In this document: one piece after another, positions 1-15,000 of the stretch | Layout of the letters: each line of letters begins with the position of its first letter | Position numbering within the stretch: position 1 is the stretch's first letter | Origin: Trichosphaerium sp. ATCC 40318 | Taxonomy: Eukaryota; Protista; Tubulinea | NCBI GenBank assembly: GCA_038496445.1 | Contig: JALMLS010000420.1 | Span: forward strand, 62,001-126,000 | Reading direction: 5' to 3' | DNA: 64,000 nt | Notes under the pieces: generated by a model | Seen by the model: only the letters and a program-made list of their open reading frames with translations | What the model was told of the DNA's origin: nothing | Databases searched by the model: none | Made by a program: the position numbers and the translations under genes

Positions 1-1005
1 ATGAGGGGTTTGTTCACTATCACAAAATGTCAATAAAAAAAGAGTTCTGAGAAGAAAAAATTGCGTCAAACACTTGAATTGCACCATCAGAAAAAGTTTG
101 GGCAAATGTAGTGGGGGTATTAGTTTACCACAATTGGAGACAGAAAAGGGACGTACTTCTAGATGAATACCAAAGAAGTGGAGTAAAGGCGAGCCCAGGT
201 ATGAGGCGCTCGTCTACGGATACTGTGCCCAACAATAAGGTGGTTGTTATCGAGAGAAATCCAATGTATGCAAACCCTCATGATACATGTCAGTTGGGTG
301 GTGGGTGAGATGTGATTTTTGAATAAAGAAAAATGAAAAAATGAATGTACCGGCCCAAAACATATATTTGTATGTTCTGCCCGCTCGGAACTTGGCTTTA
401 CTCTGATGCCAGAATCTGTAATACGCCGACCAAAATTGTCCATACGTCCATTTCGGGCGGTACGAGCCTTCTGCTGAGACTGGTGCCATGCCTATTGCTT
501 TTGTGTATTTGTAAACGTGATATAGTGATCCCACTGTGGCGCCATACCGTGCTGAAATAGCGTTGTAAGTAAGGAGGCTCATGAAAATGGCCATTAAACA
601 ACTGCAACGTACTGGACCACCACCATATTGTCATGAAGGCCGGAAGCCTTTTTCCTATATCGTCAGCTGAAGTGACAACAGACCAAGTGTAGAGATAGTT
701 CACTTGTCACATGTAAGCAATTAATTACAGTTTAAGATGCTCTCAGTTTACCTGGGACTTGGTTACGTATCCCTGTGCCTCGCGGTACGGGTCGTTCAAA
801 TTGTACTTCATGTGGTGCCTGCTCAATTCGCTCTGCGCGTATTTTATCCCGTGATTTGAATAGTGGGTACGTTGGCAGGTCATCTGGCCGACCACCAACA
901 CTAATGACATGGGGATCCAACAAAGGGTTATTATAAGGAGCTACAAAGCATCGTCAGTCTAAATCTTAAGTGAAAGGCGTTTCTGAGGTTTGTACCGTTC
1001 TCCAT
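1..1005 (-). CDS. Hypothetical spliced protein; exon structure uncertain, probably runs off the left edge
   Basis: ATG at 1005 spliced into ORF 732-923 gives MENAPYNNPLLDPHVISVGGRPDDLP. T-rich minus-strand intron-like segments start with GTAC (e.g. at 350). No family recognised. Divergent from RPN7. Confidence 0.35.
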
Positions 1006-1172
1006 TGCGAAGGTGAGGTGAATTCACCAACGAAACCAGCTAGTACTTTATACACGCGTTTGTACGCGACGAGAACCCCTGGTGACTCCAACCTAGATCG
1101 TATAGGCCAGTCAAATAAAGTACCTCCGCAGGAAAACTAAATAATTTTGCAGTTGAAAAAAACCTTACCAAA

Positions 1173-2828
1173 ATGGAGGACGAACTCGCAAAGCTCCCTG
1201 ATCTTGACCTAGCGCAAGCGTGGTTTATTTTGACACTCCCTGATCACCCAGATGCTGAGAAGTCAAAAACCAAACTACTAACTGCAATTAAAACGGATAG
1301 TGCGTATTTAGTGTAGGTGTAGATAATTAACGCGAATAGATATGTCAGCATTGTATTTAGATGTCTGTGAACAGTTAAAATTTCCTGTCGACAAAGATTT
1401 AGTTGAAACGATGCAAAAAGCTAATACAGACAAAATAAAAGCGTTGGATGATAAAATAGAGGATGCAGAGAAGAATCTAGGTGAAACTGAAGTGCGTGAA
1501 GCTCTTTTAGAGAAAGCTGAGTATTATTGCTTGATTGGCAACAAAGTACGTACTTTTACAAGTAAACCCGGCTTTTGTAACGCGACCTGTTCAGAAAGAA
1601 GCCGAAAATTGGTTTCGAGTCACAGCAGAGAAAACCGTTGGGATTGGCGGCCGCATTGACATTGTGTTGACATTGATACGCATGGGTTTGTTCTACAATG
1701 ACAACGATTTAATCACGAGGAATATTGCAAAAGCTAGAGAGTACGTACTGGAGGCGTGCAAAGTGCCGAAGGTTGCGCAGCGCTCTGTATTAATCATAGC
1801 AAACTAATAATTATTAATCAAAACAAAACCTTGGCTCTTTGTAACAATATTTTACCACTTCTTATTTGTATTCTAGTCTTATCGAAGAAGGAGGTGATTG
1901 GGATCGCCGCAACAGATTGAAGGTGTACGAGGCCTATTACATGTTATCCACGCGCAACTTTAAGGATGCTTCAACACTCCTACTCGAAACAATGGCCACA
2001 TTTACAGCCACAGAACTCATCTCCTATGAAGATTTTATTTTCTACGCAGTTCTCGCTGGCTTGTTGACGCTAGAGCGCGTTGAAATGAAAGAAAAGGCAA
2101 GCACATCACATTGGTCTTTTTTCCTGAAAAAAAAAATAATACAACAGTCAAATTTACGGTTTTTTTTAATTGTTTTATTTACGCTTTTCTTACACTCCAA
2201 AAAGGTTGTCGATTCTCCAGAAATCAAGACAGTTGTACATAACATCGAGCATTTACAAGCGTACATTGAAAACTTCTATGAGGGATCTTATGACAAGTTT
2301 TTTGTGGCTTTAGGTAACGTGACACTGCTTGTGACTGTTTTTTTTTGTTTTTTCTCACTCTTATTATTAGCTGGTGTCACTGATCGCTTAGAAAATGATC
2401 GCATATTAAGCCGTCATGCTAGGTAAGGCACCATTGATTCGATGACAAGTGTATTTTATTTATGTTTTTGTTTTGTAGATTTTATTGCCGCGAAATGCGT
2501 GTACGTGCTTACAAACAGTTGTTGCAATCATACAGGTCTATCGAACTCGGTTCTATGGCTAGCAGCTTTGGTGTATCCAATGAGTTTATTGACAAGTACG
2601 TACTCTGATTGTACATTTATTGTAGAAGCAATGTATTCTAATGCTTTGCACGATAGGGAACTGTCGCGTTTCATCTCTTTGGGTCGTCTAAATTGTAAGA
2701 TTGACAAAGTTGGTGGCGTTGTTGTAACAAACCGACCTGATTCCAAAAATGCTCAGTACCAAGCCACGATTAAGCAAGGTGATAATCTTCTCAATCGTAT
2801 TTCTAAATTGAAGGGCGTCCTTGTGTAA
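1173..2828 (+). CDS. RPN7: 26S proteasome regulatory subunit Rpn7/PSMD6 (multi-exon)
   Basis: Conserved motifs [30 protein letters not shown] and [39 protein letters not shown] in spliced exons. Confidence 0.97.
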
Positions 2829-3069
2829 CCACGTTCTACTGTACAAACAAATGAATGAAAAAAAAAAAATCTGTAGTAAAACTCGTAGGCAATTGCTTTG
2901 TCTAGTAAGTACACCGTGTTTTAAAGCTTTTCGTGTGTGCTGCTAGCTGGCAATGAGCTATGCCACGGCTTAATAATCGGCGGTCGATAAGTGAGGTCTG
3001 TTCGCAACCTTCAAAAAGGACAACACCGTATCTTTGTGTGGCAGTAATTACGCCCTAAAGTGTGTTAAC

Positions 3070-6000
3070 ATGCTCAGCGGTATCGCTGCGAACATACTTT
3101 CAAAGTATTTGGGAGATTACATTGAAGGTAAAGTTAAACCAAATTTGAGTGTAGACCTAAAATTATTGCCAAGGGTTGGACAAAGACAACCTCAAATTCA
3201 GTGTTGGATCTGGAAATGTTGTACTCAATAATTTGAAACTTAAGAAGACGGCACTCGATGGCATAGAGCTTCCTGTGGTAATAAAAGAAGGTGCGCACCA
3301 GCGTCAATTCGGCGTTTGAAGCTTGCCAAAACAGACTTTATGAAGCGGTAGTGTTAAAACGCTTGTAGGTTTCCTAGGGAAGTTAGAATTGCGTGTTCCA
3401 TGGCAATCTCTTGGTAGTAAACCGACAATTGTTAGAGTTGACCAAGTGTACCTGGTTGTAAGCCCAAAACCCAAGTCAGCGGTAAGTAATCGTTTCTCGT
3501 ATGGTTGGAAAAGTTTTCTCGTTTTGTGGCATCCAACCAACAACAATTGACATTTTTTTGCAAAGAACTCCGCCGAGGCGGAAGCCAAGCGAGAGCAATT
3601 CACGAAACAGCGCGCTTTACAATTGGCTGAGTTAATTGGATTGGACAAACCCGATAAAGGTGATTAAACAGTTTTTTCCTACCATTTGCACGACGTTGTC
3701 ACGCCTCACGTCTCACGTGTATTTTGTAGAGGACAAAAAAAAAGCGGACAAGGATAAAACTAAGAAGGATGATTCCTTTGTTGGAAGATTAGTGATGAAG
3801 GTGATAGATAATTTGCAGATCTTTGTTGATAGAGTGCACATCAGGTACGTTTAGTACAATAAACACGTGCTTGGGTTTTTTTTTATTTTGCCAAACCGCT
3901 CACTTCCTGGGGACCACATAGATATGAAGACGATGTATCCATACCAGGGCATCCATTCGTGTTTGGTATAACGCTGGAACACTTACACGCTCAGTCTGCC
4001 GATGATAAGTGGGAGCCAACATTCCTCCAAGTCGGTAACGACATAACGCACAAGGTACTCTATTCATTTTGTGTGAACCGAACCAAAAAAAAAAACCAAG
4101 CTAACATTATTCAAAGCTCGTTACATTGAAGAGTTTGTCTTTGTACTGGAACACTGGCAAGAACAATGCCAAGTTCCTGAAGTACAAGGATATTAATCAA
4201 ATGAAGCAGTTGATGGCACATCTGATACAAAAGGAAGAAGGCCCTAAACTTGAAAATCAATTTATTTTACACCCAATATCCGGTTTTATGAAGGTCAGTT
4301 TTCGCGTGGCGCTCATGTTTCTAACGTTTAAGTAGGCCACGCTCGATCGTGGTGAACTAAATCTTGACAGACCTCGCTTGGGCCTTCAAATGGAGCTTGA
4401 TAGCGTTGGTTTGGCGTTTGGTCGCGAGCAATACTTGTCCGCTATGAAGGCTGCCGATTTTTTTTCTTTGTACACCAAGGGCGTAAAGGTACAAATACCC
4501 AACTAATGAATCACTCACAGGAGATCTTATTTTTTTTTTTTGCAGTATCTAAAGTATCGCCCTGAACAAGGCGTACGTCCGTCTGAGGATCCAAAGGCCT
4601 GGTGGAAGTTTGCTACTGGTACCGATATCGTTGTCTTTTGAGCCCAGCAGAAGTTGTTGGTACTAATACGCATACACTAGATGCCGTTCTGAATGACGTC
4701 CGTAAGAAGCGTAGACAATGGCAGTGGGAATACATCAAATTGCGCAAAACACAAAGACTCAAGTACATAGAGGTCTTCAAAGAGCGCCAACTTAAAGGAC
4801 CAGATAAGGTTCGTGTACAGTGCTAACCAACAGTTTTTTTTTGAAAAAAACCAGCCTGCCATTGATGCTAATATGCCATAGATGTCCTCAACAAGCAAGG
4901 AAGTTATGGTGCAACTAGAAGAGATGCTATCCTATGAAGAGATATTATTGTATCGTAAGCTAGCCAATGCTGCTGTTCAAATACATAAAGAGAAGCAGAA
5001 GAACACTTCATACTTCAGTTCTTGGTTTGGCTCTTCAGAAAAGGTTCGTTTTTTTTTAATACATTGACCAAAAATACCCAAACAAGGCCTGTGTGGAGGC
5101 TGTATAACTAAATGCCCAATATAGAAAAAAAGTCCAGAAGAGGTTGCTGCAGAGAAGGAAAAGGCCATGAAGGAGCTATACGCCACCATAGACTATTCCA
5201 ACGAAAAAGCAGAAAAGGCAGTTTCAGAATTTCCTCGATTTGTACGTTGTCAAGTCCTCCTCCGCGTTTTGCGCTTCTCACTTTTTGTCAGTACGTTCAA
5301 ACACAAGTAGACGTTTTAATCAAACGCGGGTCGTTTGAGATGAGAGAAGATAGCACCAACACGGTTATACTAGAAGCGTTTTTCAATAACCTGTGCACTG
5401 CCATAAAAATAAGACCTGATTCTCAATCTGTACTTGATTTGCTCATCTATAATAACCATCTAATACTTGTCTTAGATAGAAACGCGCCTCGCAAGGGTAG
5501 AAGTGGTTGAATATCACACTTTGGTACGGTTATACTTGTGCAAATAATTATTAATTTGTTACAAACAATAATTGATTGCTATTGTGTAGAAAGGAAAGAA
5601 ACTGAGTGTAGTGACGCCAGATCTCGGCCTCACCACAACTGAAGCAGACTTTATGTCGTTCACACTAGATTTAAAACCAATTGATGTTGAGGAGCATCTA
5701 GACGTTCGATTCAGGATGAAGTCTCACTCTCTAGACATATACTTCTCTAGAGCCGTCATTGACAAAGTTGGTAAGTGGCGCCAGATGGCATTTAATTTGG
5801 TATCTCTGTCAACTTATTGTGATTAGTCGATTTCTTCGTATTACCTTCCGATTCATCGCTTGTTGACGACTTGGCAACTGCTGCGACAACGGGAGTAGAT
5901 TCGTTGACCAAACAAGCGCAGGCTCAACTGAAATACGCCGTCAAGAACAGGACAGCTATTGATATCAATTTGAATATCCAAGTACGTGCTTGAATACTCG

Positions 6001-9000
6001 ACACAAATGCTTACGCTACGCCACTAGGCGCCAACTTTGATTATCCCAGAAAACTACACTAATCCTTCTTGTCACTGTCTGATTATCGATCTTGGTCATA
6101 TCAGCTTTTCGTCAGACTTGGCCACACGATCTAAATCAGTAAGTTTAGAACACCCTCCCTTGCAATATAACCTCACTCTACTATTTAGATTCTAGCAGAT
6201 GACGATGGTGATGGAGCACCAACGATCACTGAGGACTTCTTTTACGATACATACAACCTCGATCTCACAAAGATTTACGCTGTAGTTGTTAAAGATACAG
6301 GCTCTGGCTGGAAGTCACTACTTGTACGTTGTGTTCTCGCAGCGTTTTGTGGATTCAATGCCTAAAACCGCTTCTCTTTTAGACAAATGAGCACACAGAA
6401 AAATATCAAATTATCGAAAAATTTGACATTGGCCTTGTAATGAAGGTCTTGAGTGGTGTCCAGACTAACCAACTCTCCAAAGTAAAGTGCGTACATCCAT
6501 GTCCAGCTGATTAACGTGTCCTGACCTCTATTTGCGTAGAGTTGCGGGAAGTCTACCAAAGTTGTCTGTCTCTGTGACCAAGCAAAAAACTGAAGGGTTA
6601 ATGGCCATTGCAATGTCTGTTTCCAAACCTTCTGAGATAAAACCAGCATCTCCTGTCAAGGCCAAGAAGGTGTCCCTTAGTAGGACAACTACACCTATCA
6701 ATACGCCTACACTTTCGAGTACACCTCCAAAGGGAGGCGATGGCGTAAAAACGGCGAAGGACTCTGCCAAAGCCAAGCTTAACGAATTGAAGCGCAATGC
6801 TGAAGTCACATTCGTTATTGAGTATCTTGCCGTACAAGTGCAAGAGGCGGAGGTCCTAGGCGGCCCACAACAACCGCTTATTGGTGTTGTTCTACAATCT
6901 CTGTCAACTAATCTGTGGAATACGAACCACTACAACAAAGTGGATTTGGCACTACAGAAGTTTTACGTCGAAGATCATGTCATGAAAGGTGGCAACGACC
7001 AGAATTTTCTCATCACATCCGGTGCCAGCGATAAGGATCTGATTGACATCAATTATCTTGGCGTTCTCAAAGTACAGTTTCCTTTATCTAGACTCACATC
7101 TAACGCTCCAAACAGGACTCACCAGATTACGCCCACCTAGATCACAAGATTGATGTTGATTTTGGTAAGCTTTTTATAATGGTCATCATACTTGAGCCAC
7201 TCTGACTCGGCCTTGAGGTTCCCTTGATATATGCGTCAGTAGACCTACAGTTCTTAAACTCATGAAGTACGGACTGGAGCTTGCGCAAGCACTTGCACCA
7301 CAGGAACAACCTAGCAAGGGAGGTTCTAAAGCTATCGAACAAAAGGTAGAAGCATTGGATGAAGGCGAACAAGGTGCTGTGTTACAATATTTGTTGTTGA
7401 GCTTTTTTTGGATTGCTAACCTTTTGTGCAGATCCTGTTCCTGTTCAGACAGAGGAAGAGTTGCTTGAGTTGGCTAAGACAACTTTGGTTGCTCTTACAG
7501 CCCAGCTCGATGCTGTGCGCCTTACTTTGGTGAAGGAAGGAGAACCCATCTTGACAATGGGCCTAACTGGAACCGATATTGACGTCAACATGTCCGCCGA
7601 TAACTCTATGGTGGTTAACGGCTCTATGGGCAACATTAAGATAGCAGGAGTTGACAAGGGGCCATGGCAAAACATGCTAGACTGCAAGGGCGACCAAGTC
7701 CTCAAGTTACGGTATGAAGCTTTCAACAAGATGTCTCCTACATATCCAGGTCATGACATGGCGGGTACGTCTTGGTTAAAGTCATTCTTGGCTATTGTTT
7801 TTGTGTGTTTGTGGCTCATTTATTTATTAATCAGTGAAATTGCGTATGGGATCACTAGTATTCAACTTTCTAAATGCAACCGCTCTTGAACTCGGTGAGT
7901 ACTTTGCTGTATTCAACGAAATGCAAGGTATGGTCACAAAGGCAATTAAAGACGCAGGAAAGGAAAGTTACCAGAACATCAAGGAAGCCCGAAAGGCTGG
8001 AACCAGTGCGTTACAATCTGCTTTTTTGATTTCAAAAAAATCTTGCAATCTCATTTCTTTTTTTTTTGTTGTAGAAATCAAACTTGATGTTGAAGTGGCA
8101 AATCCATACTTGTCGGTACCCACCAGTGCGACATCGGAGGATCGCCTAGTGTTGGATTTGGGATTGATTTCACTTCAGAATGAATTTTCACCAGCAGTAC
8201 GTTCCTAGGTTGTAACACTAGTGTCTCTAGCAAACTCACTCTAAACTTTTGCATAGCACACGGAGGTAGTATTGGATAAATTAGCTGTAAAGATATCATC
8301 ATTATCTCTTATGTGTGTCTACTCTGACTTGAAGAAAGACAAGCTGTTACAAGATTTTGATTTGGGTGTGAGTGTGCATCGTGCGCTCTCTGGCAACGAG
8401 ACACATACCGTCCCAGACATTTCAGTACGCTTTAGGTTTTGTTTGTCCTACGTGGCTAATAGTGTGTGGTGCTAGATCAAAACGGATTTATCTCCTATAA
8501 AATTTGCGTTAAATGAAAACCAACTCAATTTGCTCGCGGGCATTCTTACAGGTAACATGAGTGCCAAACCGGCAAGGGCAGATAAGGGTACGTATTATTA
8601 AAAAAACCCAAGAGTTGCGTGTCGCTGATTAGTGTGCTAGCGGAGCTCAGGGAAATGTCAAACATGAAGGGCGTCATTGCCGCAATTTCCAAAAATGCAG
8701 AACTTCAAAGGGCTGAGCAAGCGCCTAAGGAACCTAAAAAGCCAAAAAAAGAGAAGACCGGTAGTTGGGTACGGATGTGGAGACTTGAGACCTTTCTGTA
8801 TTGTTGACACTGTGCAAAAGGTTGCTACGGCTTTGCGTGCCTCGCTACCAGAGGTGTCTGTGTCACTTTTGAGAGGATCAGGCGTAGATGAGAACGGCAA
8901 CGAAGATGGTATTGCAAATTTTTCATTGAACGGTGCGTATTAATCATTAAACTATTTTTTTTCAAAACCGCAACCTGTTTCTTAACCATTTCCAGGTATG

Positions 9001-12000
9001 GCAACAGACGTTCAAATACTGGGCGACGGCGGTATGGAGGCAAGTGGACAAAGCGGTTAGGCATGGCGTTCTTATATATGTTTCTTAGGTTGGATTCAAA
9101 CTCAAGAGTATGATATTATCCGACGCTAAACTGGATACAAAGAATCGTTACGCTGTAAGTATTTGGCTCATATCTTCTGCGATCCGACTAATCGCCGCAA
9201 ATAGCAATTGGTGAGCCCTATTTTAAAGGGATCCAACGACGAACAAATAACATTGGCTATGGTCACTAAGCCTTCAGGTGACATGGATTTGAAGGTCAAT
9301 GTGGCTAGAATGAGGATATACCTTGTTCCAGAACCGCTTCAGGACATCTATGTACGATCACGACTCGTTTCACCAACTGCGACTTACCCAACCATCAGGT
9401 TCATGCCATGGCGTTACTAGACAAGATGAATGCTGCAACAGCGAGCATGACCAAGGCGAGTGATGCGCAATCGGATAAAGATAAAGCATCCAAGAAATCT
9501 GAAAAACAGGAAAAGACAAAGGAAGACGATGCTTTGGACAAGCCTGAAACTACCATGACCGTACGCAACATTCAAAAATCCCAAAAAACTATAGTTTGGT
9601 GGAAGCACGTGACTAAAGTGTGTAGATTGATTTGACGTTGGGGTCCCCAGAGATTTGTATGATCGAAGACAGCTCCACTTTAGCTACCAAAGCATTGCTT
9701 ACGCGGCTGGGAGACAGTCAAGTAGTGATGGTGCAAACTTCTCATGGTCAACAATCTATAAACGTCACAATCAAGGATTTGCGTGCTTCCAAGTGTATGC
9801 TTTATGCCAAGGTACGCAATCTCATGATTAAAAAAAGCGTATACGCCTTTGACTTATTGAATGCAGGATGGCGAGATGACGGAAGTTGTTGATGTGCTTC
9901 AGCCGTTCGATGTTGCTGTGCTGTTGAAAACCAACGAAGAAAAGAAACAGCTCATTGCTTTGAACATTCAGAAGCCAGTTAATACAATTGTTTCGTACAG
10001 TGATATCACATTTGCCATGCGAGTGCACAAGTCATGGATACCATTTTTAGATGAGCTCTCAAAAAAGAAAGATGGTACAGCCCATTATTGTACAAAAAGT
10101 GGATCGTAACTAAAATGAAAATAGATGCCAAACCAACAGATAACAATCCGGAAACTAAATCCGTTGTTGTTACCAGAAAAGCCATCGACGCTGCACCTGT
10201 AGACAAGGGAAAAGACGAACTGCTTATAGAGCTGATAGATGGCGATAATGATGGTAAAGACGACACTTCACTCGTAGCTTTGGATTCCGATGACGACGAT
10301 AGCGATTTTGAACCTCCAAAGAGCAGACGTATGCTTCACTCCTTGGTTTTTTACAGGTTATTGAGCGTTTTGTGTAGGCAAGAAAGGAAAAGAGGAAGTT
10401 GAGTTGGAAGAAGCCGAGGACAGTGCAGAAGCGAATGATAAGGAGACGCAAGAGGTTAGTAGTTACCTGTTTAATTATAAATGACTGACCTTGGTCTGTT
10501 TTTAAAGCTTGACGTGCAAATAGAAGGTCTTAATTTGAGTTTGATTAATGACAACTATGCTGATGGCTCCTTCTCTGTCCCTGTTGCAAAGATCCTAATC
10601 AATCAAATCGACACTGGCATTACAATGTATGCTGGAGGTAAGATGAAGTTATACACTTCAATTTCGACGTTCTATGTCGATGCCTTCCAGGATGAGCTCG
10701 CAACGTGGGAGCCTATCATTGAACCTTGGAAGCTAGAGATGCAGGTACGGCGATTGGACATTTGGTTTATGATTTGGTGTGTTTATAACAGCGTTCGTGT
10801 AGATGACGCAAGAAAAGGACAAGATGAAACTTCACCTTGTCTCCGAAGAAGTATTAAACATCACGTTTTCCAAGTCATTTATTGACACACTCTATAACTC
10901 AGCAAGTGTACGTAACGTTGTAGTTTAGTGTTATCTTTTACTAAGTGGGTTGCCGAAGATATTGCAAGACGAGGTGAAACAAGTCAAAGCCGATGATTCT
11001 GCCAAAAAGAAAAAGGCTAGCAAGTCGAAAGGCTCTCTTATGCACCCGTTTATCATTGAAAACCGCACTGGCAAACTTGTAAACTTTAGGTGGGACGGAA
11101 GTGCTCCAGAGGTATGTCATTTTTCACCTTCTTGGTTTCTTAGGTGGCTTACATTCTATTTTAGACAGCCGAAGCACTGGCCACAGGTGAGTCGCGACCT
11201 CTTGATGTAAAAGGACCAGGAAGAGGATCTGTATTGACAAAAGTGAACTATCAGCTAGCTGCCACAGTCGATGAAGATCAGTGCGTGTGCCTCCATTATT
11301 ACTATGAATTTTAACAGACCGTTTCTTACCAGAGATGCATCGTTTTGCGAGCTAACCGAACTCATGGTGAACCGAGTGGGTCGTCAGTCGTTTGCTATAT
11401 CGAAGACAGACCCAACAAAGAAAGTGATTGTTGACATCAGACGCGAACAAGGTGTTAAAATTACAACGTTCCGTAGCGACCAAGTTATCTACAACCACAC
11501 AAAATTCGATTTGCAAGTGCAAGTGCGACATCCTAGCACAAAGGAGCAGATCAAACTGCCTGATTTAGCGCCCGGAAAGTACGACAATGTTGCTTCCCCC
11601 TTTACTGGCACAAATGCCGACACGCACTTTGAATCTAACTAACGCATCTAGATGGATCGCTCTCCCACTAGAGCTCATGAAGAGCCGAGAGGAGTTAGAC
11701 ATTTGCATTAGACCATCGCTTTCATACGAATGGTCGACATGGCATCAAAAGTCAGAAAACGATGCAACATACATGCATTGCAAGCACACGAGCGAGAATA
11801 GAATTTGGATGGCACTTGGACACATTGAGGTTGTGCCAATCCCTGGTGGGTCTGACTCTACATTGCACTTGTATGCACCTTATGAATGCTCCAACTTCTT
11901 GTGCATGCCAGTCAACTATCAAGTACGGACAGGACATCCTTTGTTAAAATATTGGCTGTCTTCTAATTGCTCACTCTCTTTTACAGGTTGTTGCTGGCAA

Positions 12001-15000
12001 TGATGATCACGCTGTTGTAGAAGGCACGATAGCACCAGGACAAACCGACCACATTCACATCAAGGAGTCCGTAGAAGAAAAACTTCGCGTTAAGTTGCAA
12101 CTTTCTAACTACAAATGGTACCTCCTCTGCGCACCCAATCGACTGTAATTAACGCAATTGTGCCTATGCAGGAGCAAAGCAACCAAGTTGTTCCCAAGAC
12201 CAACCTTGGAGAGTGAACCCGTATCAATAGCCTTACACGATAAGAACGAACAGAAATTCAAGTTCCAAGCAGAAACCAGACCGTAAGTTCATGTCCACTA
12301 GTCGTTGGTGTGTGCTTATCCTTTCAAGTCCTGTTCCATCTGGCTGCAGGGCAGTTTCTTTATTCTCACGCTATTGGATCACAAACAACACGGGCTTACA
12401 GCTCTTTTATAAAGACGAGAACAGTGATGATATGGCACCTGGGCAAAGTACGTTTCGTTCGATAGAAGCACTCTAGCTCAACCTTTTCTAGCGCCTATAG
12501 ACGCAGACCTTCTGGAGCTGCCGGAAGACCCGAATGCATGGTATACATGTGATGACACGAGAGACACAGACTCGGCACTTGCACGATACATGTATGACGG
12601 CAAAAAACTGTCACTAAAGGCGCAACAATCGGACTGGTCGAAAAAGTACCCTCTGGGTGTTACAAATGCAGGTTTAATAGATGTACAAGAATCACACGAA
12701 GGTTACTTATTCCAGTTTTCTGTATCTGTTAACCCAGCACCTGGCAATGTACGTTATCACTACTTATGTTTTTTTTCTAAATACGAGCCATTTGATTGCT
12801 AATAATATATTGTTTAGTTCTGGCGTACTAGCCTTGTAGACATTGCTCCTGGATTTATAATTGTCAACAAAACGGATGAGACGCTTCAATACAGGCAAAC
12901 TAATTCCAAACTTGCTCCAACTCTGGCTTCTAATGGGCAGATTCCATTCCACTGGCCAAACGCACAATTACCACGAACACTCGAGTTTTCGATTGACGGC
13001 GATGGCAGATGGTATTGTCTTTGTCACTCATGTGCTCATTGACCTTGTATGCTAACGGTAATATAGGTCGTATCCAATGTCAGTCGATGTGGTGACAACG
13101 CATCAGATCAAGATGAGAGCTTTGGACAATCCTGAAGATTTCAAGACAATAGGCGTACGCAATGCAGCCACATAAAAGTAGACACTAACTGTGCTGCTCT
13201 TTTAATAGGTTGTTATTAAACAAGTCAAAAACGTCACATATATTGTTTTGGGAGATGCAGCTGAAGTACCATTCTACCGCATTATCAACAAGTCATCAAA
13301 GAGCATCCGCTTCCGTCAAAAGGTGAGTGTTTGCCCGTGTTTCACACTTTTAAACGAGAATATTAATTGGCTGCGTGTGCTAGGGACAAATGTACACATA
13401 CAAGGTTGAAGGTGGTTCAGAAAAAGATTATTACTGGGATGACCCTGTAGCACCAAAACTCCGCATTGAGGTAGTCTTCGTACAATTAATCACCATTTGT
13501 CTCACGCTTCTCTTAAGGTGAACCTTGCCAATGCAGCTGAGACTGAACGTCCAATGGAAATCAGTGTGGACAAGTTCAAAAAGTACAAACCGTGGAAGGG
13601 ACTTACCATGGAAATCGCTCCTTCAGGGCCTACAAAAGTGCTCATCATAAGAGACAGGCATGCCCGAGCCTTACAGGCTGAGGACATTGAGGCCAAGCTC
13701 GCTGAAACCAATGTACGGATTTAATGTCTCGGCTCTCAATCTCATTCTTTAATGCCTGTAGGTGATGGACATGCGAGCAAGTTTGGCTGGTGTCGCCATC
13801 TCTATTGTTGATGACAAGCCACAAGAAATCGCCTACATTGTACTATCGACAATTCATGCCACTGTGCACACTTCTCAACTCCAACAGCGCGTCGGTTTCA
13901 CTCTAGGTACGTCTGTTCTCCACCAGTTGTAACTACGTTCATATGTGATAACTTTAATCTAGGAGCCTTACAAATAGACAACCAACTGTACTTGACGCCA
14001 TATTCTATAGTCATGTGGCCTGTATTGGGTGATGATAAGGTATACTATTATAAATAATAGTCGGGTACTTGGCCTCATCGCTAACATTAAATTTAGCCAT
14101 TTATGGAATTGACAATGATCAAGAATGCAACATACAAGTCTGTACAATACTTTGATTACTTTGCATTCCAAATGCAAGAACAAGATTTCGAAGTTGATCA
14201 AGTGTTCCTACTTCGCATGCTACACTTTGCTGAAGTGCTTAACCAATACCTAGTCAAAGTACGCCAAGAAACCAGCGAACTACACACCAGTATTTTTGTG
14301 GCTCACTTTATATTTTTTTTCAGTGGCAAGGCGTGGACTACGAACGCGATTTGTTGTCTGGAAAGGGCTTGGGCGTTCCTGAGTTTGCTTTGGGTACAGA
14401 CGTGCAATCAGATTACATGTATTTCGAAGAGTTGCACATTAACCCAATCAAAATCAACCTAAGCTTCCAGACTGTGGCAGCTACTGACCACAGCCACGTC
14501 TCTCCATCAGCTTTGGACAAAGTACTTTCATATGCCGGCACTCTTGCCAATATTGAAGACTGCCCTCTATTGCTACGTGGCTTGTTCTTGAGCAACCCGT
14601 TCGAAACGCAAGAACAGCTTATCAATCGTATAATTGGTCATTATACCACACAAGGTAACCCAAAAACAGTTGTAGGTAGCACAAGTCCCGTATTAACACT
14701 GCGTTTGTTTACAGGGTTATCCCAACTGTACAAGATAGTAGGATCAGCTGATTTCCTTGGTAGTCCGGTATCGCTTGTATCAAACCTGGGTACAGGCGTT
14801 AAGGATTTCTTTTTCGAACCTGCAAAGGGTCTAGTTAAGGGTCCAAAGGAGTTTGGCAAAGGCTTAGCCAAGGGAAGCTCGAGCCTTGCCAAGAAGTCCA
14901 TTTTTGGGATATTTAACACAGCAGAGAAGCTCACGAAGACTGTCGCCAGAGTAGGTGAAACCCTAACTTTCGATGAGGACTACCAAAGACAGCGCGCTAT

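Noticed and set aside
111-308. Plus-strand ORF resembling a receptor tail (TM end, NPMY motif, AATAAA at about 322)
   Set aside because: The flanking A-rich tracts look like minus-strand T-rich introns with a GTAC donor, so it may be the shadow of the minus-strand gene. This cannot be resolved without RNA data.
247-594. Superficial resemblance of this minus-strand ORF to ATP synthase subunit f
   Set aside because: The resemblance depends on translating a probable intron (from about 350 leftward) and is not supportable.
1746-1850. Intronic H/ACA snoRNA in RPN7 (hairpin + ATAGCA + ACA)
   Set aside because: It starts only a few nt from the donor, the second hairpin is weak, and the boxes are low-information.
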